From IMG/VR virus record IMGVR_UViG_3300030090_000446, positions 1-54,413 of that record: 54,413 nucleotides of DNA. One strand, given 5' to 3'. Position 1 is the stretch's first letter. Each line of letters opens with the position of its first letter. Origin of the DNA: a virus (Duplodnaviria > Caudoviricetes). The position numbers were made by a program, and so were the translations under genes. The notes beneath the pieces are model-generated. The model searched no databases. It was not told the origin of the DNA and was given only the letters and a program-made list of their open reading frames with translations. This document shows, one piece after another, positions 7,787 to 17,087 of this stretch.

Positions 7787-10456
7787 TCACACAGTTGTTT
7801 GTGACATTAAACCTGCTTGTGAACGTGGTACATATCCTACGCCCTCAATATAAATATTATTATTAAGTAAATCTTCTAGACCAGTTGTTTTAATTTCTTC
7901 TTCTTTTATATCACCATCTACTAATTTATTTATATCATCATCATCTGAATCTCCAGGTTGGCTTGCTTCTGCTTCTGCTGCTTCTCTTTCTCTAGCACGT
8001 GCTTCAGTAACTTCAACCCCCATTCTTTCACCAAGTTTTCCTAGACCATACAACCCTTTTTCTACGAATCCTTTTTTAGAAGCTTCATATGCTCTATCAA
8101 GTTCTGTCATATCTTTCTCTTTTTCTCTTGCTCTGTCTTCATTAGGATTACTTTGAGTTTCAGATTTTTCAGTAGCTCTGTCACGATCAGGATTTCCTTT
8201 ACCTTCTTGTTCATCTACTGCATCATTTGGTTGACTTGGACCTGCTGGTGCTGCTGGGCCACTAGGTTCTCCCATGCCGCCCATTGGATCATCACCATCT
8301 GTACCAGTACCACCACCATTAAACATTAATGGCTCTGGACACATCATACCTTTTGGTTTAGAAGATGCGATAATAAGTGTACCTTTAGATATAGCCTCTT
8401 CACCTTCTTCTGGTTCTAAGAACTTCATCTCTTTGTCATCTTCTTCAGGCTCACCATTCTTATCAACATTCTGGATCATACCTAGATCTTCCATCTGTTT
8501 TATCTCTGATAATACCTGACGATGCATATCCATAATACGCTCTAGTCCTAAATACCTTACAACATTAGCAGGCAGTACGTATTCACCTTCTGACAACATT
8601 GCAGGTATATCATCAGCTACTTCTTCTGGTTTAGCTAGAGGTGGTGGATCACCTTCATCATCATCTTCTTCTTTCTTACCATCAAAGTCTGCTGTACCAC
8701 CTTCATCAAATCTAGCTACATCTTCTTTAGGATCAGCTTCACCACCCAAAGGTTGAGCCTCATCTGCAAAAAAATCTGTATCAGGATCTTCATTAGTAAA
8801 TAAACTTCTAAAGAAACTGAAGTCTCCTAAGTCCTCTGGTTCATCTTCTGTTTGTCTAGAAAATCTTTCTCTTTCTAAATTATCATCTTCAGTAAACGGA
8901 TCTATTGTTGTGTCTATTTGTTCTTCAGGGAATGACATAGGTTGCATATCTTCATCTTCACCTTCATCAAACTTAAATAAATTATCTCCTCCAAGAGCTG
9001 CAACTTGATTATCTTCTTCTGCTGTTCCTACAATAAAAGGTGCTTCTAAATCTTCTTTAGATGCATCTTTAAGATCATCTTCTGTTTTTGGTGGATCATC
9101 ATCTAACAATTCAGGGTCCATACCAGATGTTAGCATAGCCCTTTCTCTTTCATCCATTGTTGAAGTATCTCTTAATAGTCTATCCATCTCTTGATCTACA
9201 TCTGGAGATTCTACTTCTTCTATCTCAGGAGTCTTTAAACCTTCTCTAATTGATTCTATAATCTTTTGTTTTTTTGTTTTTGAAGCTGTCTTAGCCTCTC
9301 TAGGTAGAGTTTTTATCATTTCTTTAAACATATCATCAGTAGAGATTGAATCTATACTCACATTAGGTTGTTCTGATGCTTCTGCTTTACTCATTATATT
9401 AAACCCTCCTCTTGAATCTGAAGTATCCTTTCGCTCAACTTTTGGAATACTAAATTTGTAGATATCTTCAGCTTCTTGTTCATCTCTTGTATCAGTATTA
9501 GGAAATACATCATCAGCTTCTTGATCATCTATAGCTTCATTATTAGTAATACTACCATCTGGATTTACTGAAAAGGCTCCTCCAAACACACCTTCTGGTT
9601 CTTTTTCTTTTACAATACTACGAAACCTATCTACAAGGTTATCTACATTTTCATTTATTATATTTTCATTAGGATTACTTTGAGTTTGAGAACGCTCTGA
9701 TGAAAGACCTAAATTTTCCATTTGATCTTCTGTAGTATCTTTACTTGATGATTCTTTACTATACGTTTCAACTAATTTTTCAACAGCATTTTTTCCAAAA
9801 GGAAGTCTTGTTTTATTTTTAGTACTATTTCCTATACTATCAACTCTAGTTACTCCATCCCACCCATCTGTTGTATTTTTAGGGCTTCCTTTTTTACCTA
9901 TTCTTGTTATAAGCAACGTAGAATTTCTTTTTGAAGGATTTTCAATATAATTATTTAATTCTGTTTCAGCTATTTCTATTATTAATTCTTTAGCTATATT
10001 TTTTTGAGCTTCTTCATTAAATATATCAGTATCTTTATATCCTAATTGTTTTTGAAAGGTTGCTACTATTGGATTATTTGTATTATAGTCATTTGCTAGT
10101 AATTGAAAAGCACCTACTGCTGAAGTACCACTATTATTACTACCTATTTTAAAATTACCATTTTTATCTTTTCCTTTAGTTGCATTAACTAATGCTCTAC
10201 CAAATTCTTTTACCTCTTTAAAGGTCATTTTACTTATGGGTTTATTTGCGGTAGGTGTATTTCTTTCAGGATCAGGTTGCCCAGGTTTTAAAAATTTACC
10301 ATATCCAAAAACTTTATCATAAGAACTTCCTTCTCCTTCATCTGTACCTTCTTGTTCGATTATTATTTTTAATAAAGTATTTAATACAGCGTTACGTTTT
10401 GAAAATCTATCAGTTAAATCCTGTTTAATTTTTCTTTCAATAGGTCTACGAGCCAT
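7787..10456 (-). CDS. Large virion-associated protein: N-terminal lambda-lysozyme-like domain, long acidic region, conserved DDIPAMLSEGEYV domain
   Basis: E..EG...SYDKVFG and SAVGAFQ resemble the lambda R lysozyme motifs; PEEVADDIPAMLSEGEYVLPANVVRYLG. Confidence 0.6.
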   Translation of the reverse strand: MARRPIERKIKQDLTDRFSKRNAVLNTLLKIIIEQEGTDEGEGSSYDKVFGYGKFLKPGQPDPERNTPTANKPISKMTFKEVKEFGRALVNATKGKDKNGNFKIGSNNSGTSAVGAFQLLANDYNTNNPIVATFQKQLGYKDTDIFNEEAQKNIAKELIIEIAETELNNYIENPSKRNSTLLITRIGKKGSPKNTTDGWDGVTRVDSIGNSTKNKTRLPFGKNAVEKLVETYSKESSSKDTTEDQMENLGLSSERSQTQSNPNENIINENVDNLVDRFRSIVKEKEPEGVFGGAFSVNPDGSITNNEAIDDQEADDVFPNTDTRDEQEAEDIYKFSIPKVERKDTSDSRGGFNIMSKAEASEQPNVSIDSISTDDMFKEMIKTLPREAKTASKTKKQKIIESIREGLKTPEIEEVESPDVDQEMDRLLRDTSTMDERERAMLTSGMDPELLDDDPPKTEDDLKDASKEDLEAPFIVGTAEEDNQVAALGGDNLFKFDEGEDEDMQPMSFPEEQIDTTIDPFTEDDNLERERFSRQTEDEPEDLGDFSFFRSLFTNEDPDTDFFADEAQPLGGEADPKEDVARFDEGGTADFDGKKEEDDDEGDPPPLAKPEEVADDIPAMLSEGEYVLPANVVRYLGLERIMDMHRQVLSEIKQMEDLGMIQNVDKNGEPEEDDKEMKFLEPEEGEEAISKGTLIIASSKPKGMMCPEPLMFNGGGTGTDGDDPMGGMGEPSGPAAPAGPSQPNDAVDEQEGKGNPDRDRATEKSETQSNPNEDRAREKEKDMTELDRAYEASKKGFVEKGLYGLGKLGERMGVEVTEARAREREAAEAEASQPGDSDDDDINKLVDGDIKEEEIKTTGLEDLLNNNIYIEGVGYVPRSQAGLMSQTTV

Positions 10457-10457
10457 G

Positions 10458-10682
10458 TTAAGTTCCTTTTAATATTGTCTGTACTTCTAAACGCATACTC
10501 TTTAACTTTTTAAGTATAGCGATAGCACCCTGCGCTCTATATATTTCTACTTCATCATCACTTTGCTCTAGCACACGTAGCGCATCATGCTTCTTACAGT
10601 CTAAGTACAAACTAAATAACTCTTCAAAATCTGGTGTATTTACTAACGGTAAAATCTCTCTAGCAGTTTTAACGTCAAGCAT
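10458..10682 (-). CDS. Small conserved protein downstream of the portal
   Basis: EIYRAQG...L..L..L motif typical of the post-portal gene of podoviruses; the ATG overlaps the portal end. Confidence 0.65.
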   Translation of the reverse strand: MLDVKTAREILPLVNTPDFEELFSLYLDCKKHDALRVLEQSDDEVEIYRAQGAIAILKKLKSMRLEVQTILKGT

Positions 10683-11445
10683 TACCACCACCTCCTTGCT
10701 GTAGCATAGCCATTAACTCTGGTGGTATTTGTTGTCCTCCACCTTGAGGAGCTTGTGCCTGTTGTTGTTGCTGTTGTGTTCCTGCATTAGGTCCACCACC
10801 TGTAGCAAATCCTTGTTCTTGCGGTGCAGGTGCTTGACCAGTTCCTATATTACCACCTCCTGCTCCAGTTGGATCTAATCCCTGTTGAGGTTGTGGGTTC
10901 TCTTCTGCCATCTGTTGTTGCATCTGTTGTAGTAATAATGCCTGCCTAAATGCTTCTTCAGGATTATTTGTTACTTTATCTACATCCAGATCCATAGTTG
11001 CTGCTATCTCACGCATGATGTATGGGAACTTAGCAAATGGTGCTAGTACAGGACTGCTTGCAATCTGTAAGAAACTAATAAGACGTTGGGATCTAACTTC
11101 ATTTTTCATAAAGCTTTCTGTGCCTCTAGCCCTAATCTCTAGATCACCTTTTATCTCTGGATCAAAGTCAAACTGCATATTAAATGCAAACAATGCCTCA
11201 CCCATTGGACGTAACATATAGTCATCCATGTTCTTAATTACTGTACGGATAGCATTACTTGCTGCACCCATCAACATAGATATGCCCGATGCAGTTCTAC
11301 CTGTTCCTTGCACACCAGTTTGTCCGTATGAGTATGATGGTAATCCTGATGACTCATCTGATAATACTCTAGCTTTATCAAACAACATTTTCACTTGACA
11401 CGTTTGGAAACTTAGTACCAAATATAGCTTGACCAGGCGCACCAC
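10675..11445 (-). CDS. Portal protein, C-terminal part (frameshifted)
   Basis: GTGRTASGISMLMGAA...IKNMDDY, KGDLEIRARG and a Gln-rich tail are portal C-terminal hallmarks. Confidence 0.85.
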   Translation of the reverse strand: MVRLVKLYLVLSFQTCQVKMLFDKARVLSDESSGLPSYSYGQTGVQGTGRTASGISMLMGAASNAIRTVIKNMDDYMLRPMGEALFAFNMQFDFDPEIKGDLEIRARGTESFMKNEVRSQRLISFLQIASSPVLAPFAKFPYIMREIAATMDLDVDKVTNNPEEAFRQALLLQQMQQQMAEENPQPQQGLDPTGAGGGNIGTGQAPAPQEQGFATGGGPNAGTQQQQQQAQAPQGGGQQIPPELMAMLQQGGGGNA

Positions 11446-12865
11446 CTTGTCTTCTAAAGATTTTACCAGGATATACTGTAAGATCCTGACCAGGTGCTAG
11501 GTTTGTTTCATCTACTTCAATCAATAGATTACCAGATAAGATAGCATTGTCAACTGCTAATCTCATAAATCCATTCATTAATGTTTGGGTATCATCCATG
11601 TTCTCTGCTAGACCTACACCAAAGAAACTGTATGGGTTGATCTCGTATGGACTTGCAACGTAAGGGATACGTTTAGGTGTGAATGGGTTAATAACAAATC
11701 TTAGAATTTGATTGTTACATACCCAACAGTTAATCTGTATCTCATCATCATTGATATACTTCTCAGGTATTTCTAGATCCTGTAGCGTTGCTATATCTTT
11801 ATCTATTGTACCCCAAAACTCTAGTACTTCAAAGCGTTCTACATCACCAGATCCACTACCAGCAGAATGACCATCACTTCCAAAATCAGAAGCAGTTTCA
11901 GCATCCTGTATACTATCTTCCCACCATTCCTGAGAATAGTTTTCACCATAACCAATAGCTTCTTCTATAGCTTTAGATCTAAAGAAAGGACGTTTCTTCA
12001 ATGCTCTTAGTTGTGGTCTAGTTAAACGATGGCGTTCAATTGTATACGTAGCATCTTCTATGTTAAATGCATCTGGATCAGGATAGAAATCCCACACAGA
12101 AGTATACTCTACCTTTGGTATTGTTTTGATAATTGGATCATACTCACCCTCTTCATCCCAGTTTGGGTATTCTTTATCTACAGCAAACGGACCTTTCATT
12201 ATTGCAGTACCAAACAGTACACACTCAAATACAGAGTGTCTTAGATGTTTAGTTGCAGAGGATTCTTCTAACTGATCTTTAATTTTCTTTTCCATCTTTT
12301 TAGCTGCAATCATAGATGGATGGAATGTAATAGCAGATTGTGTTTGTCCTGGTCCTTCTTTAAGACCTTCTAATTCTTCTAGGTCTTCTTGTAAAGGTCC
12401 AAGCATATCTTTCAACATATCAGTGGTAGTACCAGGATCTAATTCTTTACCATCACCAGGATAACCATATTGATCTTTTATTTGCTCTAGTGCATCTTCC
12501 TGTTCCTGTTCTTTTGGATCTATGTGAACAGTATCTAATACACCTTCAGGTAATGCTGTAGGTTCTATACCAATAGGAAATCTATTCTGACTAAATAGAA
12601 CATCTATAAGTTGACCATACGCAGCAAGTACTTTGGTCTTTGTTACTTTAATAAATACTCTTGACTTTTCTGTTTCGGTAAACTGAACATCAGGACCATA
12701 TAACCCACGATAGTTTCTATATGCCTGCACCCATCTTTCTTCATCTGTATATCTTCTAGTTCTTGCACGTTCGTATCTGCCCTTGACATAACTAACTAAA
12801 TTATCGTAGGTTTCTTCTTCAGTGTCATCATCCTCTAATGCACTTAGTTTATTTTTGTCTACCAT
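11378..12865 (-). CDS. Portal protein, N-terminal part (frameshifted)
   Basis: YRNYRGLY, KSRVFIKVTKTKVLAAY, SVWDFYPDP and PYEINPYSFFGVG; stops prematurely at ENVV*. Confidence 0.88.
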   Translation of the reverse strand: MVDKNKLSALEDDDTEEETYDNLVSYVKGRYERARTRRYTDEERWVQAYRNYRGLYGPDVQFTETEKSRVFIKVTKTKVLAAYGQLIDVLFSQNRFPIGIEPTALPEGVLDTVHIDPKEQEQEDALEQIKDQYGYPGDGKELDPGTTTDMLKDMLGPLQEDLEELEGLKEGPGQTQSAITFHPSMIAAKKMEKKIKDQLEESSATKHLRHSVFECVLFGTAIMKGPFAVDKEYPNWDEEGEYDPIIKTIPKVEYTSVWDFYPDPDAFNIEDATYTIERHRLTRPQLRALKKRPFFRSKAIEEAIGYGENYSQEWWEDSIQDAETASDFGSDGHSAGSGSGDVERFEVLEFWGTIDKDIATLQDLEIPEKYINDDEIQINCWVCNNQILRFVINPFTPKRIPYVASPYEINPYSFFGVGLAENMDDTQTLMNGFMRLAVDNAILSGNLLIEVDETNLAPGQDLTVYPGKIFRRQGGAPGQAIFGTKFPNVSSENVV

Positions 12866-13088
12866 ATTTTTTCCTTTTTGGTTGCAAGGTTCTGTTAACT
12901 TTTTTAGATACTACTGCTAGATTCTTAGGTCTGTTATCTCTAGGATTACCATTCTTATGATGTACCTCTGTTCCTTTTGGAGGTTTTAACATCTTTCTAG
13001 CTTTGTTTCTACCTGCTCTATCTAATTTACCTTTAGCAGTACCATGTGTTCTAGCATATTCTTTTTTATAATTTCTAGGTTTTTTCAT
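12849..13088 (-). CDS. Small HNH endonuclease (packaging region)
   Basis: EVHHKNGNPRDNRPKNLAVVSKKVNR; the likely start is MKKPRNYKKEY. Confidence 0.8.
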   Translation of the reverse strand: MKKPRNYKKEYARTHGTAKGKLDRAGRNKARKMLKPPKGTEVHHKNGNPRDNRPKNLAVVSKKVNRTLQPKRKKYGRQK

Positions 13089-13089
13089 A

Positions 13090-13167
13090 TCAATACCAAT
13101 GACTATAAACAAATACACCGATGATAAGTACTAATCCAAGTATCATACCAGCATATGCCCAAAACAT
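13090..13167 (-). CDS. 25-aa single-TM peptide
   Basis: MFWAYAGMILGLVLIIGVFVYSHWY fills the gap between terL and the HNH gene. Confidence 0.5.
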   Translation of the reverse strand: MFWAYAGMILGLVLIIGVFVYSHWY

Positions 13168-14991
13168 CTAATATCCAAACGTAGCATCCGATGCTTGGTA
13201 ACGGTGTTTAGGTGTATTCTCATACGCTACTCTTATATTCGTAGGTCTAGACATTATCATATACCTTAGTGCATCATATAAGTGATCTTCAGATTTAGTA
13301 TCAACATCTTCAGGGTTTCTGGCATCTACTGGTAATGCTGCTATCTGACTGATCAGGTTCTTACAATTCTTTAATATCTTTAACTTAGGCTCATCTGTAT
13401 CTTCATCAATCATCAGTCTCTTATGTAACTCTATCTTACCTGCAACTCTAGATCCTGGTGATCTATCTGATGGCCTAAATCTACATCCTTCTTTATTTAT
13501 TGTCTCTGCTATTGATGGACCTACATCACCTCTCTTAGCCCAACACGAACTATCTAGTAATGCATCCTGTATTCTACCATCATCAGCCTCTACTTCCATA
13601 ATCATCTGACCTAACTTATCTGCTGTCAAACGATTTACATACAACTCTCTATATATCCACAAACAACCATCAAAATCTACAGCACCCCATAATATTGCTG
13701 AATGTGCTGCATATCCAAAATCTGCTGATCTTATCTTAGTCCAACCTTTAGGTATCTCAAAACTATCACACGTATGCGTTGTCTTATCAAACTCAGGAAA
13801 CGCACCTTCTTCAACTACATCCCAATCACCATACAGAAACTGTTTACGTTTAACTTCTGGTAGTGATGCCAACATAGCAACATAACTCTGGTCTTGTGTG
13901 AGATACGGATTATCCCATACTGATGCTGCTATAAACTTTCTTGTTATTTCGCTTGACAGTATTTTACCATCTAGCTCATACTCTATATTCTCAGTTATTC
14001 TAGTATTTGGTTCAGCAGGATCTATAAATAACTTCTTAACCCATGCCGATCCTACGTTTCCTGGATTACCTGTAGCTCTCATATGCAAAGGTATATCAGG
14101 ATCTGTAGTACGTAACGATGACTTTAAGAACTGCCATATATCTGAATTAGGATATTGTGGTAGCTCGTCTATCCCAATCCATGAATAAGACTGTCCTTGA
14201 TATCTTAACACATCTTGTAAGTTTTCGCAATACCCAAATTCTATTCTAGCTCCACTTGGAAAGTACCACGTATTTTCTTGACTCTTAAATCTAGCTTTTG
14301 GTTCAGCCTTACGATATATCTGCTGAGTTTGGAATATAACATCTCTTAGTTCTGGCATCGAGCGTCTTATAAGTAATGCACGATGAGCAGGTTTATGTAC
14401 ATATCTTAATGGAGCTATAAGAAGAGAGTAAGTTTTACCACCACCTCTTGCACCTCCATAGAAAACTTCACGTTCATTAGCAGAAAGAAATTGTGTTTGA
14501 GGGCCAGGATTTGGCTTGAAAACAACTTCAGGTTTTTTCTCTACAGAATCAGTAAAGTTTATAGATTCTTCTGGCTCCTTACCATTGTCTAACTCTTTAC
14601 TTAATCGTCTCTTCGCTTGTTCTGCCTTGATTCGGGTTTGTTTCTCAGTGTTTTTAAGGTCTTCGATTCTTCGTTGCTTGGGAGATAATTTACGTCTGCG
14701 AGTCTTTCTCCTAGCATCCAACTCTTCTTCAGTCCATGCCAACTTGTGTAACCTAGTAGCAGAAAGTTTTCTACCAGTTTCATTTTCTAACCACGCCGCC
14801 ACCTTTCGTACAGAGTGATTACCTTCACGAATTTGAGTAACCGCTTCATCGAATTTACTAAGGACTCCTTCATTAGGCATATACCATGCCACATTCCCTT
14901 CATCAACTTGGTAATCATATCCGTATGGAATTTTACCAATTGCTTTAATTTTTCTACGACTTGCATGATCAATCCTTTTGAGTGTCATCAT
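13168..14991 (-). CDS. terL: Terminase large subunit with an N-terminal recombinase-like DNA-binding extension
   Basis: Walker A YGGARGGGKT, Walker B WIGIDE, coupling motif ATGNPG, RNase H-like DFG...EDHLYDALRY. Confidence 0.93.
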   Translation of the reverse strand: MMTLKRIDHASRRKIKAIGKIPYGYDYQVDEGNVAWYMPNEGVLSKFDEAVTQIREGNHSVRKVAAWLENETGRKLSATRLHKLAWTEEELDARRKTRRRKLSPKQRRIEDLKNTEKQTRIKAEQAKRRLSKELDNGKEPEESINFTDSVEKKPEVVFKPNPGPQTQFLSANEREVFYGGARGGGKTYSLLIAPLRYVHKPAHRALLIRRSMPELRDVIFQTQQIYRKAEPKARFKSQENTWYFPSGARIEFGYCENLQDVLRYQGQSYSWIGIDELPQYPNSDIWQFLKSSLRTTDPDIPLHMRATGNPGNVGSAWVKKLFIDPAEPNTRITENIEYELDGKILSSEITRKFIAASVWDNPYLTQDQSYVAMLASLPEVKRKQFLYGDWDVVEEGAFPEFDKTTHTCDSFEIPKGWTKIRSADFGYAAHSAILWGAVDFDGCLWIYRELYVNRLTADKLGQMIMEVEADDGRIQDALLDSSCWAKRGDVGPSIAETINKEGCRFRPSDRSPGSRVAGKIELHKRLMIDEDTDEPKLKILKNCKNLISQIAALPVDARNPEDVDTKSEDHLYDALRYMIMSRPTNIRVAYENTPKHRYQASDATFGY

Positions 14992-15340
14992 CTTCCTCTA
15001 GGGGAGGCAATATCACAACAGCAGAAGCTACGCCTTTATGTTCGATCTTCTCTGTTTTAACTATACCAGTACGGTCTAGAATTTCTTTGGCAGCAGCTAA
15101 ACGATCTCTATTACCTAAAGCACTAGGATCATCTAGTATGCCTGACATAGAAAGAACAGCTTTAGGAGCATTAGCTGCTAACATATTCTCTGCTCTCTCT
15201 ATTATCTCACTCTTCATCTGGCGAATAAGTCTCGCAGGATACTCTGTTGGAGCATAACCTGCAATGTTCATAGCGTTACGGAAGTTACCTTGCGCTTCCC
15301 CAAACAAAGCATTTAGAAAAGCTTCTTGTTGCTCAGTCAT
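14969..15340 (-). CDS. terS: Terminase small subunit
   Basis: TEQQEAFL...AGY helix-turn-helix, AAKEILDRTG and VVILPP; immediately upstream of terL. Confidence 0.75.
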   Translation of the reverse strand: MTEQQEAFLNALFGEAQGNFRNAMNIAGYAPTEYPARLIRQMKSEIIERAENMLAANAPKAVLSMSGILDDPSALGNRDRLAAAKEILDRTGIVKTEKIEHKGVASAVVILPPLEEDDDTQKD

Positions 15341-15570
15341 TTTTTACATGGACCTCTCTTAGTAAAACCACCGTTTTTAAATTTTGCTTTGGTTGCTCTA
15401 TAAAATTTTTCTTCTTTTTCTCTTGCTGTTTTTTCTTCTGGTGTTTCACCACCCATTTTTTCTTTAAATAATTTTTCTTCTGTTTTATTTAATGATCTCC
15501 CTTGATGTCTCCAAAGCGAAGGGTTATTTAAATCGAGAACTTTAAAACTTTTTTTTGCTGAATCACTCAT
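15337..15570 (-). CDS. Hypothetical basic protein with a C-terminal FKNGG motif
   Basis: Co-oriented ORF overlapping the terS start (ATGA). Confidence 0.55.
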   Translation of the reverse strand: MSDSAKKSFKVLDLNNPSLWRHQGRSLNKTEEKLFKEKMGGETPEEKTAREKEEKFYRATKAKFKNGGFTKRGPCKK

Positions 15571-15572
15571 AA

Positions 15573-15824
15573 TTAAGTCTTTCTATAAGATCTAGTCTTC
15601 TTTGCAATACTCTTTGGTTGTTTAACGTGTTGTTTACCAGCTTTCTTGCCTTTTCTTTTTGCAGCAGTTGTTGCAGCATATTCTTTACTACTTAAAGATT
15701 TAATGGCTGCGGAAGGAAGATATCTTTCTCCTGTAGCTTTCGGACCTTGCGTAGATGGTTTACCAGACTTGGTACGCCACTTCTGTTTAGTCCATTTCTT
15801 TAAACTTCTTTGTGGGGCTTTCAT
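15573..15824 (-). CDS. Small basic phage protein (DUF5872-like)
   Basis: QRSLKKWTKQKWRTKSGK...TGERYLP is a widespread phage motif. Confidence 0.7.
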   Translation of the reverse strand: MKAPQRSLKKWTKQKWRTKSGKPSTQGPKATGERYLPSAAIKSLSSKEYAATTAAKRKGKKAGKQHVKQPKSIAKKTRSYRKT

Positions 15825-15976
15825 TTTTCTCTAGTGTTCCATAAATCAAATAGTACTTTTACTTTTTCTTTAAGTGTGTCTATTTCTCCATGCATTTTAG
15901 CTAACACTATAACTAAGGTTACGAAACCAAATGCTATAGGCCAACCAGATACGATTACCGACCAAGTATCTTCCAT
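15821..15976 (-). CDS. 51-aa TM plus coiled-coil protein
   Basis: MEDTWSVIVSGWPIAFGFVTLVIVLAKMHGEIDTLKEKVKVLFDLWNTREK; its stop overlaps the next ATG. Absent from the ORF track. Confidence 0.65.
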   Translation of the reverse strand: MEDTWSVIVSGWPIAFGFVTLVIVLAKMHGEIDTLKEKVKVLFDLWNTREK

Positions 15977-15977
15977 G

Positions 15978-16169
15978 TCACGACTTATAACCTCCTCCAG
16001 CTTTTTTATAAGCTTTTGCTAACATCTGAGCTTTTCTCGCTGACCATTGTCCACTAGCACCGCCCTTACTACCTGCCTTAATACGATTGAATATCTTTTT
16101 ACGCATCCCAGGCTTAGTATAATTACCTGCTTTATTTACTGTGCTTTTGCTTTTTGTTTTTGCTGCCAT
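15978..16169 (-). CDS. Small basic phage protein
   Basis: NYTKPGMRK...GQWSARKAQMLAKAYKKAGGGY; usually paired with the 15573 family. Confidence 0.7.
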   Translation of the reverse strand: MAAKTKSKSTVNKAGNYTKPGMRKKIFNRIKAGSKGGASGQWSARKAQMLAKAYKKAGGGYKS

Positions 16170-16839
16170 CTGAATACAAGTTGTTAAAAGTGGTATTTGG
16201 ATCTAGATAAGATTCATGCCCCTCTGCTGAATGGACCCATTGAGAAGGAGCAAAATCTGGTACACCTTCACCTGTTCTCCACAAAGCAGGACTCGTAGCT
16301 CTTACTCTATTATTTGGTAACGCTACAAAGTTACCTGTCCATTTACCTGCGTCAGTCAAGTATAACACATGAGACTGCTTATGTTGTGCAGGATCATCGG
16401 CTATATCATTGCCTGTATAATCTACAGTAAATAAATATTTACCTGTATGAAACTCCCCATCAATCTTACATATCCAAGGTGATGAGCTAACCCTGTCCAT
16501 TATAGTTACACTATGCTCTCTCGATTCACAATCCCAAGGCTGACACAAATGATCTTGCATTGGTTTAGGCCATTTCTTTAGAGGAATGTCAGCTACTAAT
16601 GCTTCAATTGGCATCCTAGCCCACATTGCTCCCCCATGTATATTCTCTTCTGGTCCATCCTCTAGGTCTGCTTCACAACCAGTAAACACTACTTGGAAAC
16701 TTAATGACCTATCTGGTATTGTATTAACCGCGATAGCGATTGCATGAAGGAACTCACCGTGATATTCAGTATGATTACTAGTGAACTCCCTCCGTACCCA
16801 ACAATTAAAATGGGGTACATTACTAATAAGATAAGGCAT
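16132..16839 (-). CDS. Conserved hypothetical phage protein
   Basis: 235 aa; GGAMWARMPI, QPWDC, YLFTVD, QHKQSH and ALPNNRVR. Confidence 0.7.
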   Translation of the reverse strand: MPYLISNVPHFNCWVRREFTSNHTEYHGEFLHAIAIAVNTIPDRSLSFQVVFTGCEADLEDGPEENIHGGAMWARMPIEALVADIPLKKWPKPMQDHLCQPWDCESREHSVTIMDRVSSSPWICKIDGEFHTGKYLFTVDYTGNDIADDPAQHKQSHVLYLTDAGKWTGNFVALPNNRVRATSPALWRTGEGVPDFAPSQWVHSAEGHESYLDPNTTFNNLYSDGSKNKKQKHSK

Positions 16840-16958
16840 TACCTACGGCGAACTGGTCCACCTTTTGACATCTTCTTAGTTTTCTTTTTACCCATAGCAC
16901 CACCATACATCATTTTCTTTTTAGCGCCGCCTTTTGACATCTTTTTAGTTTTTTTCAT
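16839..16958 (-). CDS. 39-aa Lys-rich peptide made of MxxGG repeats
   Basis: MKKTKKMSKGGAKKKMMYGGAMGKKKTKKMSKGGPVRRR; AAGG RBS; TAATG coupling to the next gene. Confidence 0.7.
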   Translation of the reverse strand: MKKTKKMSKGGAKKKMMYGGAMGKKKTKKMSKGGPVRRR

Positions 16959-17087
16959 AGTTTTACCTTTCTCCATTCTTATCTAATTTTTTTCTATTAC
17001 CTGTTGCGTTAGCCATATATAATCCTTTTCAAATAGTCACTGCTAAATATTAAAGCCCCCACCTATATGACTACCGATCCCACGTTA

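Noticed and set aside
16963-17016. 17-codon ORF MANATGNRKKLDKNGER with an AAGGA RBS
   Set aside because: Too short to support as a gene; it may be a remnant.
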